Shown piece after piece: positions 9,654-21,324 of a stretch of 44,556 nucleotides of DNA. The notes under the pieces are model-generated. The model was given only the letters and a program-made list of their open reading frames with translations. It made no database searches and was not told where the DNA came from. How positions within the stretch are numbered: position 1 is the first letter of the stretch; each line of letters opens with the position of its first letter. Source of the DNA: Asterionella formosa (taxonomy: Eukaryota); NCBI GenBank assembly GCA_002256025.1, contig NKIB01014345.1, positions 1 through 44,556 of the forward strand, written 5' to 3'. The translations under genes were made by a program, and so were the position numbers.

Positions 9654-12600
9654 CTATGATACCATGAAACCATCTTCATAAATATCGACGAGACTTTGCG
9701 TTTCTCTCCGTTGATAAGGAGTGTCACTTAACACGTGCGATCGATCATACGTCGCCTCCTCCAAATGCAGTAAACACCTACGGCTACTTAGTTCCTTTTC
9801 CAACGAGGGACGTCGTTTCATAGCTTCCTTCTTATCACAACAACCCCAAGCGCTTGTCACACACAGTCCTCTTTCACGCATGGCCTTGATGGAGCTGCGA
9901 ATACAACCACCAATCGAACGTTGTCGTTTCTTTATTTTTGGCACGACTCGACGAAACCCATCATATCTACGATCATCTGCTTGGAGTTCAGAATCCAAGG
10001 TAACGTCATCCGCGACAGACGACGAAGAATCATCCGACCAATCCATCATGCTACCAAACCGAACCGTGGCGCCCATGTGAATGTCACCTGCGGTATCGAC
10101 GGAGCATACACTCGTGTGTTGGGAAAGCTGACGGACAAATTCGGCTCCGGGCCTTATCTTGCGTTGCGACAAATCGCCCTCGGGAACAGGGTCAATGCCC
10201 AGTGCTGCGATATGATCAAAGGAATATTGAGAGACATCATCTGTAAAGACATTACCGGCTTCAGACAAGACTCCCACTTTTGATTGACTGGGTGTCCGAA
10301 AAAAGCGAGGGAATTCCTTCAGGCTGTCCGTTTCTGATTCTGATTCCGATTCTAAACTGCTAGGAAGGAGGGGCTTTTTTTTGACAAAGGAATCACTAAA
10401 GACCAACGCATGGTCTGGTGTGGGTCCTCGACTGCCTTCAGTATGTTCAACTCGCTCCTCCACGATATAAGACGGCGAGGTTGACGCCGAATTAGATGGA
10501 ACCTCCGATGACGATGAGCTCGAAGAATCCGAAGAAGTCGAACCTAAGGTCGAATCTGAACTATCCGACGATCTTGACGATTCGGTGCTACTGCTTTCAC
10601 TCATACTCCCTTCACTAATGCTCTTCAGGTCTGGTATCTCTTCCACCTGTTCACCCTTTCTGTTTCTGCTTCTGTTTGTCACGACCGGCGTAGTGGTAAC
10701 TACAGTGGGTGTAATGCTCTTGACCATTGAAAGCGTGGGGGAACTTTCCGTGCTACCGCTGAATCCATGCACGTTCTCAGATTCGTGAAAGGACGACGGA
10801 AGTAAGTTGGATTTGACAGACCCTCCAGCATGGTCTTCACTACTGTGTGACTCTGGTGACGTGCTCATGACAAGGGGCCGCCCTCCAATGGCAGCCCATA
10901 ACGGGGTAGGCTTGTGATCACTTTTGGTACCCGAGTTGCGAGCCACCCTATCGGCAGCCAAGTTTGGAAAGTTGGATGGATCAATAGATGCTTCGGATGG
11001 ATATGTAAAAAACAAATCACTGGTGGATGTGGATGGAAGTTTGGAATGTACGGACTTGTATGAGTTTTCAGAGGGCGAGGTCGAGTTGGTAGCTGACTTG
11101 CGGCGATCAATTTCCTCACTTGACTTGCTCTGTCTGTTGGACGAGCTGCTGCTAGAGGTGAACGGGTGCTTGGTCGCATGGAAATTAGGAAGCGTGTTTG
11201 CCTCAATGGAGCCATCTTGGCTTGCAATTTCATTTTTTACGGGAACGGGGTTCAACCAGTGAGACATGGCCATCGAGCCATGACTCTCGTCAATGTCTTT
11301 AATCCTGTTATCATCATCATCAGTGTCCGGTTTTGACGGGATGGTTGCCGATGAGAACTGCTTCGGGATTCTAGCAAGGGGAAGAGATGCTACTTGTTGT
11401 TCCGAAGCCAGTACTTTCTTCCCTGCAGTCGCCGTAGGAGGAGGCGCCGGCGATTCAATAGGAATGGTCTTTTTCTTTCTCTTCATTTTCTTCGCGACTG
11501 GACTGTCCATTGCCAGTTCTTGTTTCTTTTCAATTAACATGAATTTTGTTTCGGCAATCTTAGCACGCAGCTCTTCGACTTGTTCGACATCTTGCATTTG
11601 TCGATTCGTAAGAACCGTCAATTGCTGTTTTTCGGATGATGATGGTGTATCTGTTGCATTCATTTCCATCCTTCGTGCCCGTCTTCGATCTGCTGGTGTT
11701 TGCATTCTATTCGCGGCAAGAGGCGGCGTTGCCCCAACTTTGAATCGTGAAGCGGCTTTCAATTCGTTTACTTTCTGTTGCAGTGCCGATTCCTGTTCTT
11801 CTAATTGCGCCATGATCATAGCTTCTTTTTGTTCCAACCTCCGTTGCGTTTCTTCTTGTTCCAATTGTTTCCTTTGTCGTTCTTCATCTTCCTTGAGTCT
11901 GCTAATTTCTTCCTCTTCTTGTTGTTTCAGTAACTTTATTTCTTCTTGTTGCCATCGTATCTTCTCAGTTATTTCCTTTTCTAATGCAGCAGACTTGGTC
12001 CGTTCCTGTTCCATGAATCTGGATCGTTCTTGAGCATCGACATTGACTCGGACCGTCCATTGGAACACATCCAACAATTGCATGGCCGATTGTTTTTGTC
12101 TTGGATTTTTGAGCAACGTGTTGTCATAGGAAACTTCTTGTAGCAGTACGTTCATAAAATTATTCAATGCAACTTCCGCCAATGCAATTTCATCGTTCCC
12201 ATCATCTTCCTCGTAATACCCTTCATCATCATCGTCGTCGTCATCATCTGATGGTGCCTTTGAATAGGATGACAATGTCGGCAAGGATGATTCCTCCATA
12301 TCCTTACTCGTATTGTTGCTGTTGTTGTCACTTGACCGAACTGGCAAAATCATATCCATAAATGAGTGCAATGCAGCTTGTGCCATTTCTAATTCATCCA
12401 ATTGTTCTTGTTCATCCAGTACTTCTTGTGATGACAATGTCGTTGACAGCAAGGATCGTTGTGACATAGCCCTTACGAGTGCTTGTGGTAAAATGTCCGT
12501 CATGGCAACTACGGATTCTTCATCCGAACTAAAGGTATCTGCCATGAGCTTGTCAATCCCTTTCCATATCCGTGCTTCGACAGTGGCTGGGTCTGTCATT

Positions 12601-13205
12601 CTATTTTGTGACATTGTCGATGACGAACTGGTCGATGTCGATTCTTGAAAAATCCCATGATCTCGTGGTAACATAATGGCACGTGGGGCATCCACTTCAT
12701 ACGGCGTTTTCCATGTTGTATGAGCATGATGCAATCGTGCCTTTTCAATTCCTTGACGTATCGTCGATGTTCTAAAGTCATCAACAATTGTTTCTTGATC
12801 CAATCTAAACACTTGTGACATTCTAGATGTTGAAGAAGCAATAGTTGTCGTAGTCGTTGGAGTCGTCACCCGCTTTGCCAAGTTTCTTTGAGAAGCTGAT
12901 TGATAAAAGAATCGTTTTGCATTCAAAACACGAGACGACGTGGAATCCGTATGCATAGATGTTGTTTCTCCTGCGAGTGTTGCCACTTCTTCTTCTTCTT
13001 GTAATCCCTGTGCCTCTGGTCCCCATGGATGGATGCGACCTTCTGTAATACTAGATGCAGGCTTTACTACCATGTAGCGGGAGTTTTTGTGCATTGTACT
13101 GGAGGTTGCTGCAGTGGGAGCCGTCGTTGTCCATGTTGGTTCCATCATGGGAAATGTTCCAAAGGCTTCTTCCTCCTCTTCCATGTGTTGAGCAGTGTCT
13201 GCCAT
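9654..13205 (-). CDS. Hypothetical ~1180-aa protein: central coiled coil, Ser-rich disordered regions
   Basis: Uninterrupted 3.5-kb ORF; first ATG at 13205 (AAA-ATG-G context); E/Q/K-rich heptad region; no recognisable catalytic domain. Confidence 0.8.
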   Translation of the reverse strand: MADTAQHMEEEEEAFGTFPMMEPTWTTTAPTAATSSTMHKNSRYMVVKPASSITEGRIHPWGPEAQGLQEEEEVATLAGETTSMHTDSTSSRVLNAKRFFYQSASQRNLAKRVTTPTTTTTIASSTSRMSQVFRLDQETIVDDFRTSTIRQGIEKARLHHAHTTWKTPYEVDAPRAIMLPRDHGIFQESTSTSSSSTMSQNRMTDPATVEARIWKGIDKLMADTFSSDEESVVAMTDILPQALVRAMSQRSLLSTTLSSQEVLDEQEQLDELEMAQAALHSFMDMILPVRSSDNNSNNTSKDMEESSLPTLSSYSKAPSDDDDDDDDEGYYEEDDGNDEIALAEVALNNFMNVLLQEVSYDNTLLKNPRQKQSAMQLLDVFQWTVRVNVDAQERSRFMEQERTKSAALEKEITEKIRWQQEEIKLLKQQEEEEISRLKEDEERQRKQLEQEETQRRLEQKEAMIMAQLEEQESALQQKVNELKAASRFKVGATPPLAANRMQTPADRRRARRMEMNATDTPSSSEKQQLTVLTNRQMQDVEQVEELRAKIAETKFMLIEKKQELAMDSPVAKKMKRKKKTIPIESPAPPPTATAGKKVLASEQQVASLPLARIPKQFSSATIPSKPDTDDDDNRIKDIDESHGSMAMSHWLNPVPVKNEIASQDGSIEANTLPNFHATKHPFTSSSSSSNRQSKSSEEIDRRKSATNSTSPSENSYKSVHSKLPSTSTSDLFFTYPSEASIDPSNFPNLAADRVARNSGTKSDHKPTPLWAAIGGRPLVMSTSPESHSSEDHAGGSVKSNLLPSSFHESENVHGFSGSTESSPTLSMVKSITPTVVTTTPVVTNRSRNRKGEQVEEIPDLKSISEGSMSESSSTESSRSSDSSDSTLGSTSSDSSSSSSSEVPSNSASTSPSYIVEERVEHTEGSRGPTPDHALVFSDSFVKKKPLLPSSLESESESETDSLKEFPRFFRTPSQSKVGVLSEAGNVFTDDVSQYSFDHIAALGIDPVPEGDLSQRKIRPGAEFVRQLSQHTSVCSVDTAGDIHMGATVRFGSMMDWSDDSSSSVADDVTLDSELQADDRRYDGFRRVVPKIKKRQRSIGGCIRSSIKAMRERGLCVTSAWGCCDKKEAMKRRPSLEKELSSRRCLLHLEEATYDRSHVLSDTPYQRRETQSLVDIYEDGFMVS

Positions 13206-15752
13206 TTTAGCAGTAGCAGTAGCAGTAGTTGCAGCAGTAGTTGTGGTAGCTGATGCTGTCAGAACGCTCAGTCTTGACAAAGAAATCGATTTGTCGCACT
13301 CAAACAAAAATAAATAGACACTGTATTCCTTCACGTCAAATACAGACACCTTTCACAAACAAGGAAAGACCTCTTGATAGTTAATCAATGTTAATTTTGT
13401 GTCAAAGGTTGAGAAAAAAGAAAGGGAAGCCACAACCCAAAAGGTCGAAACGACTTTATATGTGATTGTGGTGTGTGCAAGGTGAAGTGTTGGCAACACG
13501 AGCATGAGCGACGAGCGACGAGGGGCGAAAGCAAAAGAGAAGTCAATACAGTATGCCCATTTTTAAATATTCCAGTAGACACTCCATCGCTGATGGACAA
13601 CGGTATACTACGTAGGGTACTGGTACATGATATTTATTTAGTGTATGTAGCAGCTGAACTCATGGTCGTTTGATATATATCGGTACCGGTACATCCCATG
13701 TACAAATTTTTGGCTCTCCTACCTGGTACTATGAATGTGTATACAGGTATATTGTTTCCAAATAACGGTAGATGAGTGCAAGTCCGGCCGGTGAACAACT
13801 TTGTCCTTGGGGGTCACTTTGGCTGTTATGGCGGGCATAATGGATATTCGCAAGTCGGTTCGAACGAATGAAAAGTGGAGGACATTTGTTAATGGCCCGA
13901 CCATTGGAACAATTGGAGTCGAGTGAAAAGATTGGTCTATATAAAGATATTCATATATGAGCATAGAACATTTCATTTGAAAATTCCTTCTGGTCTCAGA
14001 TGCTCACATGTACATTCGACCATTTTGAAGGATGTCTTGTTTGGACTGCCTGTCTTTGGTGGCAATTGGACATTTTCAGCAGGTGGCAGATTCATCAGAA
14101 GCAGGAATCCATGTATTTCTTAAGTATTGTGCAGGAGTGTATTGGTGCAATGTACCGGAAGGTACCCTGGTACCAGGTACCAGGTAACAGGTAGTTTCAT
14201 TGAGGATGCAACGTGAACATTGCATACGAAATGGAATGTACCTCCAGGTTGCATGCACTTTAGTTGTTGACAAAAAGAAGGACACATTACCGGTATACCG
14301 GTAGTCCCGAGAGGTAATCGTTTGGTCCATCACTGGTCGTGAGCCTGCAATGTTGGAATCGGTACTTGTCAAGGGAACGTCCTATGTAGCGTTAGTCAAA
14401 TTTTGGGCATTTTCACCATGCTGTATAGCCTGTACGCACCACAGATATCATTAGACTGGTATTCACACTAGTAGTCTACCGATACATGAACTGGCATGGA
14501 AATACCAAACTATCACGCATCCAGAGCTGCTGTTCTTAAGAAAATATTGCCTTTGTATACACCGAATTACCGAACTTTTCTGGCTGGGGGCTTATATTGG
14601 TACCATTCACAGGACAACGCAGGCATCACTCTTGCTATTTCCTGACCACATACTGAAGTGTATGCATACAGTTATTACTGGGCGGCTGGTCCCATATTCA
14701 CCTAAAGTTGCAATCAAACTTTAGGTCACTGCCTCTCATGAGGTGCAAGCTCCAATAATTCTCCAGCTAACAGCCCTACTTATTTGAAGATTTGACAGAA
14801 TTGAATGGTGTGTATATAATCATGTTCTAAGTACCTGTAGTCTGGACTTAGATGGACATGACCTCAATTTTGGCGTTTTTTGTATATAGAATTGCACCCT
14901 GCTGATTGGAATGTTTGTTCTGCCCCCACCCCCCCACCTTCCCATCCCTTTTTTGTTGACCATTTGTGTTAGTCAATAGACATGAGAAGAAGGATTGAAA
15001 ACCAGAACAGCAACTATACATTGTTGATGGCTTGCTTTGCAACCTCAAAAGGGAGGCTGATGAGATCATTGACATGGATGATAGTCATTCACTCATTCAT
15101 GGCTGCAAATAAATAACACTCTACCTCTTTTTAGTCCACAAATCTTTAATTTTTTCCAAACAATTATTTGTGGTTATAGAGAGGAGCAGAGGACAAGGTG
15201 CAATTGGCTGGCTACATAGTAATATATGAAAAGGTCTGCTTCTTCTGGACTGTAATGCAATGAAGTTTGCTATTAAAGTGTTGAGAGTTTCTACCAATAG
15301 AATTTCTACCAATAGATGTGGTTGATTCTCAACAAATGCAAGGAGATCAACCAACCATGCATAAATAAGTAATGGTAGTAGTAGTTGAGCTTTAATATAG
15401 TATGACCATGGAAAGACTGCATATAGCATGCTAGTTAACATTAGGTTTGAAAAATGTTTGTTGGAATTAGATACAATTCAATGGATCAATTGTGATGATC
15501 CATATAAATACACTGAATTCCTTTGCATTTTGTTTTGATGGATCAGCTGGTTATACTGAAAATGTATCTGGTATATAGCTTCTCAAAATCTAAATACTTG
15601 TTTCTAGTGTTAAGAGCAGCTCCTGCCTAGTCATTGTGCAAATGAATTAGAAAGGCTCCTTCCTCTTTTACAACAATTAAACCATACATAAATAAAATTT
15701 TGGTGTTTTTGTTGCAATGAGTGCATGTATTTATTTTGTTCATGAATCCTAT

Positions 15753-17795
15753 TCACATTGAGTCGTTGGAATTCCTTCGGTACGCACTGTATGGATCACT
15801 GGGCGTTCTCATTGGTGGGATATATCGTTGACCAATGATAGTTGGGAGGCCATGCTGACTACTACTCTCATCTGTTGACATGGAGTTGTTGTCCAAAATA
15901 TCAGAGTAGTTCAATTGATTTGCAGATGGCTCATCAAATCCATTAGAAAATCCCTGAAAGGTCAAGACTTCTCTGATGGAACATGGTTCCATAATATCTA
16001 ACATTTGAGCAGCTGTAACAGCAGGTGCTGCATTGGAAAAATACTGTGCAGGTTGTGAAAGTGGTTCTTGTCCCATGGTGCGTTCATAAAATTGCGCATG
16101 TAAATGACGATTTGACAATCGTTTGTTGTTGGGCCATGCGGGGGTAAGGGCATATTGTGGAGATTTTGCAGTTGCCGCTGTTGTTGTTGTTGCTGTTGTT
16201 CCTGTGCCACTTGTTACTGACAATGATGATAGTGACGCTCCCAGCTTGTTGGTTCTACTACTATGTTTACTCCGCTGTGTGGAAGTCACAAAGTCACCTC
16301 GAGGCAAGTCATCATGTGTTATACATTTCGACCCTGCACTCCATTCAAACATGGAATGCAAGGACAGACGATGATTTCCTGTTGCTAAACTCATACTGGC
16401 TTCCTTCCCCATCATTTTATTTTGTCGTGTTTGGCGTGTCATATTGGCAAAACTCTTATACATGGCCGAGTTTTGAGTCGATGATGGCATGTTGGACATG
16501 GATGCTGCTTTCCTATCAAACAGTAGGTTACGGTGCCTGTTATTTCTGACTGGTGTTTGATTGGAATCGTCGTCGGAAGAAAACTTTCCTTGTTTTTCAA
16601 ATGGTGGAATTTTGGCTTTTTGGGAACGGTATTTTTTCGTCTTTTTTGATTTTAATGACGTTTGTGTTTGTATCGTCACTTTATTTCCTATAGTAGCACT
16701 TGTCATTGTGACCATTTGTGTTGGTGAATCCTCATAGCAGTGGTCCATTTCCGATATTGATGCACTCATATCACTGACACTTGAGCTCTTTAATGATGGA
16801 GTTGTTGATTTTTTACTGCAAAGTAATGAGTTGGACGATGCCACATTGTCAATCAACATTTGCTTTGCAGCAATCGTAGTAGCAGTAGTAGCAGTAGTAC
16901 TTGTCTTTTTCGATGATGATGATTTCTTCTTGGATCGTCGTGTTCCTTTACTCACAGGTGGCCATGAGGTGGATCCCCAAGATACTCTTGACGCTTTTCC
17001 TTTACGGTCACTGTAGTCATTCTTCTCATCTCCGTCATTGTCTCCGTCATTGTGATTCAAAGATTTCCTCATATGAATTGCAATTCCAACAACTTCTTCA
17101 TCTTCTGGTATACTCATATTCTTATGAGTAGTAGCAGAAGAAGTATCAGTATTCATATGTCTCTGAGATGAAGAGGAACGGGATACTTTTGTCATGCACG
17201 ATTGACTCATCGTGTTGTTCTTCGTAGTAGTACTAATACTGTCATCCCAATGCAAAGAATCAAACGAGTCTTGATCTCCAATCATGATCATGCTGTTTTT
17301 ATTGTTAGTACCAGCACCAGCACTTGATGTTGTTTGGTCCATTCTAGCAAAAGCTTTTGCATCCTTGGCAGTAACTTTTTGTTTGACAGGATCCACAGAT
17401 GCTGTCCGTGAAATCGCTGATGCTGAAATGTCATCGTCCATGTTGCTCTTTCTGTTACTACTATGATGTTTATGGCGGTGGCGGTGGCGCCGGCGTTCAT
17501 GATTCTTGTGATACGATGAGCATGAGGATGATTCTGTTGCAGATGAAAGGCTTGAGTGAAAGGACATGCTGTTGAATTGTTGTTGTTGTTGATGATGTAT
17601 TTCTCCGGTTGTGAATTGCACAACACAACAACCGTATCGTTGTCGTCGTTCTTGCTGTTGCTGTGGTACCAAGTGATGATGACAACGACGATGAGGTGAA
17701 AGTCGTACCGGTAGTTCGTTGGTTGTTATTGTTTTATTGCAAACACCCCCCTCGACTGTGAATGTTGTGGATATAATTTTCAGGTATGAATGCAT
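15753..17795 (-). CDS. Hypothetical Ser/Thr/Lys-rich disordered protein
   Basis: 680-codon ORF with low-complexity tracts and basic clusters (RRRHRHRHKHH, RRSKKK, KSKKTKKYR). The true start may be the later MSFHSS ATG near 17567. Confidence 0.75.
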   Translation of the reverse strand: MHSYLKIISTTFTVEGGVCNKTITTNELPVRLSPHRRCHHHLVPQQQQERRQRYGCCVVQFTTGEIHHQQQQQFNSMSFHSSLSSATESSSCSSYHKNHERRRHRHRHKHHSSNRKSNMDDDISASAISRTASVDPVKQKVTAKDAKAFARMDQTTSSAGAGTNNKNSMIMIGDQDSFDSLHWDDSISTTTKNNTMSQSCMTKVSRSSSSQRHMNTDTSSATTHKNMSIPEDEEVVGIAIHMRKSLNHNDGDNDGDEKNDYSDRKGKASRVSWGSTSWPPVSKGTRRSKKKSSSSKKTSTTATTATTIAAKQMLIDNVASSNSLLCSKKSTTPSLKSSSVSDMSASISEMDHCYEDSPTQMVTMTSATIGNKVTIQTQTSLKSKKTKKYRSQKAKIPPFEKQGKFSSDDDSNQTPVRNNRHRNLLFDRKAASMSNMPSSTQNSAMYKSFANMTRQTRQNKMMGKEASMSLATGNHRLSLHSMFEWSAGSKCITHDDLPRGDFVTSTQRSKHSSRTNKLGASLSSLSVTSGTGTTATTTTAATAKSPQYALTPAWPNNKRLSNRHLHAQFYERTMGQEPLSQPAQYFSNAAPAVTAAQMLDIMEPCSIREVLTFQGFSNGFDEPSANQLNYSDILDNNSMSTDESSSQHGLPTIIGQRYIPPMRTPSDPYSAYRRNSNDSM

Positions 17796-19257
17796 GTATT
17801 GACCCTCCTAATATTCCGCCATGGACCCTGGTACTAAGGTACCGTACCACATACTGTACCTGGTGACCCTTCTACCTATGTACCGGTAGAGTCAATGAAT
17901 CGTCGAAACTTTTAGCAAACATAAGGGGCGTTCTTTTCATCATTTTTTGGATATAGGGTAAGTAAGTACCTGGTATAAATAACAATATTTGAAAAAGTAT
18001 CACGACCAAACGGCTACCATACCCGTACTCGATTTGTACTGAAAAATAATCCATTCTCAACATTAAAAAAACCTTGTACCAGGTACTCCGCAGCTGAGCC
18101 CCAGCTCGGACTTCATAGGAGCCCTCTGTAGAAACAAAAAACATTTTCTACGTGAGACAAAACAGGCTACACAGGTACTACCGAATGTCAATTTGATTAC
18201 CGGTAGTATATTTAGTATAAAATAGCAATACATGTGGAACATTTTGGGCTATAGAATTTACTTGATTCCAGTAGAGTAGTTGTTTTTGCTCTACCGGTAT
18301 ATGGAGTGGTATACAATGATAATCATTGGCTGAGTACAAATGCAACAAACAGAAGTAAAAATGTCTCACTAAACAAAAATTTGGCATCACAGCTGCACAA
18401 AATGCATGGCAATACATAGATGGATCAATGTTGTGCTCTCATGTGGAATGATTTCTTGCAGGCTGGTGTGGTACTATGTTGTTTGAATTTTATCACAAAA
18501 AGCATGCATTATATCTTGTTTTGGTTTTTCTGCTGGAGGCTCATAATGCAAGTTATCCCTTCTTCCTCTCTCTGGGCTTTGCTCCAGCTATCAAGACAAA
18601 TGGAAGTCAAGGATCACAATTCCAGAGGTGTGACACAATGTAATATAGAGTATGATGGTGAAGTTGGATTGTTCACTGTGCTAGCTAGCTTTACCGTCTT
18701 GTGATCACAGGGAGAAGAAAGCATATGAAGGTTTCTATTAACAGACAAATGAGTGATGAATCTCCGAAATAATGAAATCAATGCTCTTAAGAAGTTGAAA
18801 ATCGGATTCCAGCGATTGACCCCTCATGTCGCTTCCATCGATTGGCAACAAGAAAACAATATTTATTTAGCTGAGAAAACACAAGACTGATTAGGATTCG
18901 TTTTACAATGAATTTCAATTGCCCATTTTATCAACGACGAACGTTCGAAGCACAAAAGGTTTCATGTGGATGGACACATGATAAAATATTTTTTAACCAG
19001 AGCGCGCCCAGTACCACCAGTCCCTGATGGTATACCTGCGGTGCCGGTCGTTATAGTACCGATATACTCCGGAGTATCTTTTATCAAATCATAGGTGAGT
19101 GAAAAAAACACATCATCGACAAGGCTTTCTTCTTCCATTTTCTTGTAATCATTGAGGATCGATCCATCCTTCTTTTGATCGCTGTCATCTCTCATTACTC
19201 GTTTGTTCTCATCTCCCTGATACTTTTACTACCTACTATATACTCCTGACTACTACA

Positions 19258-21324
19258 ATGAAGGCATCATCCATTGTTGCCGGCAAAGTCTTTGTCGCTG
19301 TGCTCCTCCTACTTCAACAACTGTGCTGCATCACTCATGCCTTTATTGCACCGACTCATCATCATCATGGTGTAGTGTTGCGTCCATCACTATCATCATA
19401 TCATCCTACTTCTTCTTTTGCTTCATTTTATCTTCATCAACGTCAGGTTACTCTTTCTGTTGCTGCATCACCCATTATGATGGATTACGACAAGACAGCC
19501 GTAACAACATTTTTGATTCAAACAGTAATTTCTACTGCTGTCCCAACGACAGCTGTGATTGTTACCATGTTGGTCCTTGCGACTCTTATCTTTCGTGACA
19601 AGAAGAATAGCGGTGCTGCTATGGGTTTCGACTATAATGATGATGACGATGATGACATGGACAACAATGATTTGTATTCTGATTTGTATGACAACAATGA
19701 TTCAAAGCAAGATGGTAGTGGACTCATTTCTCTTTTCAAGCGATTTGTATTTGGATCCAAAAAGAACAAAAAATTTAAGTCAAGAATGATCCCCAAAAAG
19801 GTGAATATGGGTATACCGTCGAAGGAATACATTACTATTGAAAATCTCAATGACAAGTATGATTCGTATGAATATTCCATCATGGCAGCCACTTCGTCCA
19901 ATGCCAAGGCAAAGCAAAATGGAAGAGATCGACAATTGCAACGTGCCATGAAAAAGGCATTCTCTTCTTCCAATAGTGATGAGTATACTAAGGAAGAAAA
20001 ATGGAAATTAGGACAAGCGGAACAATTGTGTCGTACAGAAGGAAAGGAACTGTTGCAAACGATTAGAGATTTGCAATATCAAATTATGAAATCGACAATG
20101 ATTCATAGCACTGCAAATACTACCGATTCCTCTACCTCAACCTTATCTTCCAAACTATCCAAGGCACAAAAGAACTTATTACAAATTGAATTGGATTTTT
20201 GCAAAACAGTCATGGATATTGCATCCAAGGACGGGGAAGATCAAAAGCGAGCGGAAGCTATTCAAGTTGCATGGTTGGGTGATGTTGCAGCCCGTGGGAC
20301 AGGAGGATTGGTACAATTGTTATTGTCACAGGCTAGCAATTCGTTTTCAAGTCAGCCGCCATGTTTGTTTGTGACTAGATTCAATGGGGACATTTCAGCG
20401 TCGCAAGTGGAACAATTGAGAGAAGAAGTCACTGCTATTGTTAGGACTGCAAAACCAGGTATTGATGAAGCATTGCTGGTTTTGGAATCAGGAGGTGGGA
20501 CTGTGACAGGATATGGATTAGCGGCGGGACAATTGAAACGATTTAAAGATCATAACATTACATTGACTGTATGCGTCGAGCAAGTGGCAGCCAGTGGTGG
20601 GTATATGATGTGTTGTGTGGCAGACAAAATTATTGCTTCGCCATTTGCCGTATTAGGGAGTATTGGTGTCATATCGGATATTCCAAATGTATACCAAAGA
20701 CTCAAGGATGAGGGAATGTAAGTCATTTTGCCTAGTTTTATTGGGACTGATGATGATTGTAGTCCTAACCTCCGGGGGGGGGGGGGGGGGGGGCGGGGNN
20801 NNNNNNNNCCCCCCCCTCCCCCCCCAAAAAGTGAATTCCAAACTGTGACAGCAGGAAAGTATAAACGTACCCTAACCCCTACCAAGCAAGTCACTCAAGA
20901 AGATTTGGAAAAATCTAAAGAGGATATTGAAGAAATTTTAACTCTCTTTAAAGAATTTGTCCATCAGAATCGCCCCTCCTTGGACATTGACGATGTGGCA
21001 ACTGGTGAAACATGGTTTGGATCGGCTGCCATGGACAAGGGATTATGCGATGAAATCCGTGCTGTCGATGATGTATTGCTTGATCATGTGAAGAATGGAT
21101 ACCAAGTATTGGATGTCAAGTACACCCCACCAAAAGAGAAGGAATCGTTGAAGCAATTGTTAGGGGTCAGGGGTGGCAAAGAGCAAAAAAGTCTTGTGGG
21201 TAAGGCAGTCCAGTGGTTCGTTCAGACTGTGGCTAGTGAGATCAAGTCAGAACTTGAGGACAGCCGTGGGATCCAACAAAAGTACATGATGAAGGATGAT
21301 ACCAAGGATAGGTACCGATTGTAA
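19258..21324 (+). CDS. sohB: SohB-like peptidase S49, 2 exons (19258-20717, 20832-21324), plastid-type presequence
   Basis: F.GDI.ASQV..LREEVTAI, LESGGGTVTGYGLAA, VAASGGYMMCCVAD.IIASPFAVLGSIGV. Splicing GTAAGT (20718) to AAG (20831) restores KDEGIEFQTVTAGKYKRTL; VATGETWFG follows. Signal peptide ends THA-FIAP. Confidence 0.9.
20773..20825. other. Assembly gap (10 N) flanked by poly-G and poly-C inside the S49 intron
   Basis: Directly visible; true intron length uncertain. Confidence 0.95.

Noticed and set aside
13206..13349. N-terminal extension from a GTG start (similarly TTG starts at 5434, 33580 and 39161)
   Set aside because: Non-ATG starts come from the ORF caller; eukaryotic ATG starts or splice acceptors explain the genes better.
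13700..15700. Short ORFs and possible relic sequence between the two hypothetical genes
   Set aside because: No recognisable motifs, termini or consistent frame; could be decayed TE but unsupported.
20728..20831. ORF-track peptide with poly-Gly/poly-Pro; poly-G/poly-C hairpin or G-quadruplex
   Set aside because: It lies in the intron and flanks an N gap; probably a homopolymer sequencing/assembly artefact.
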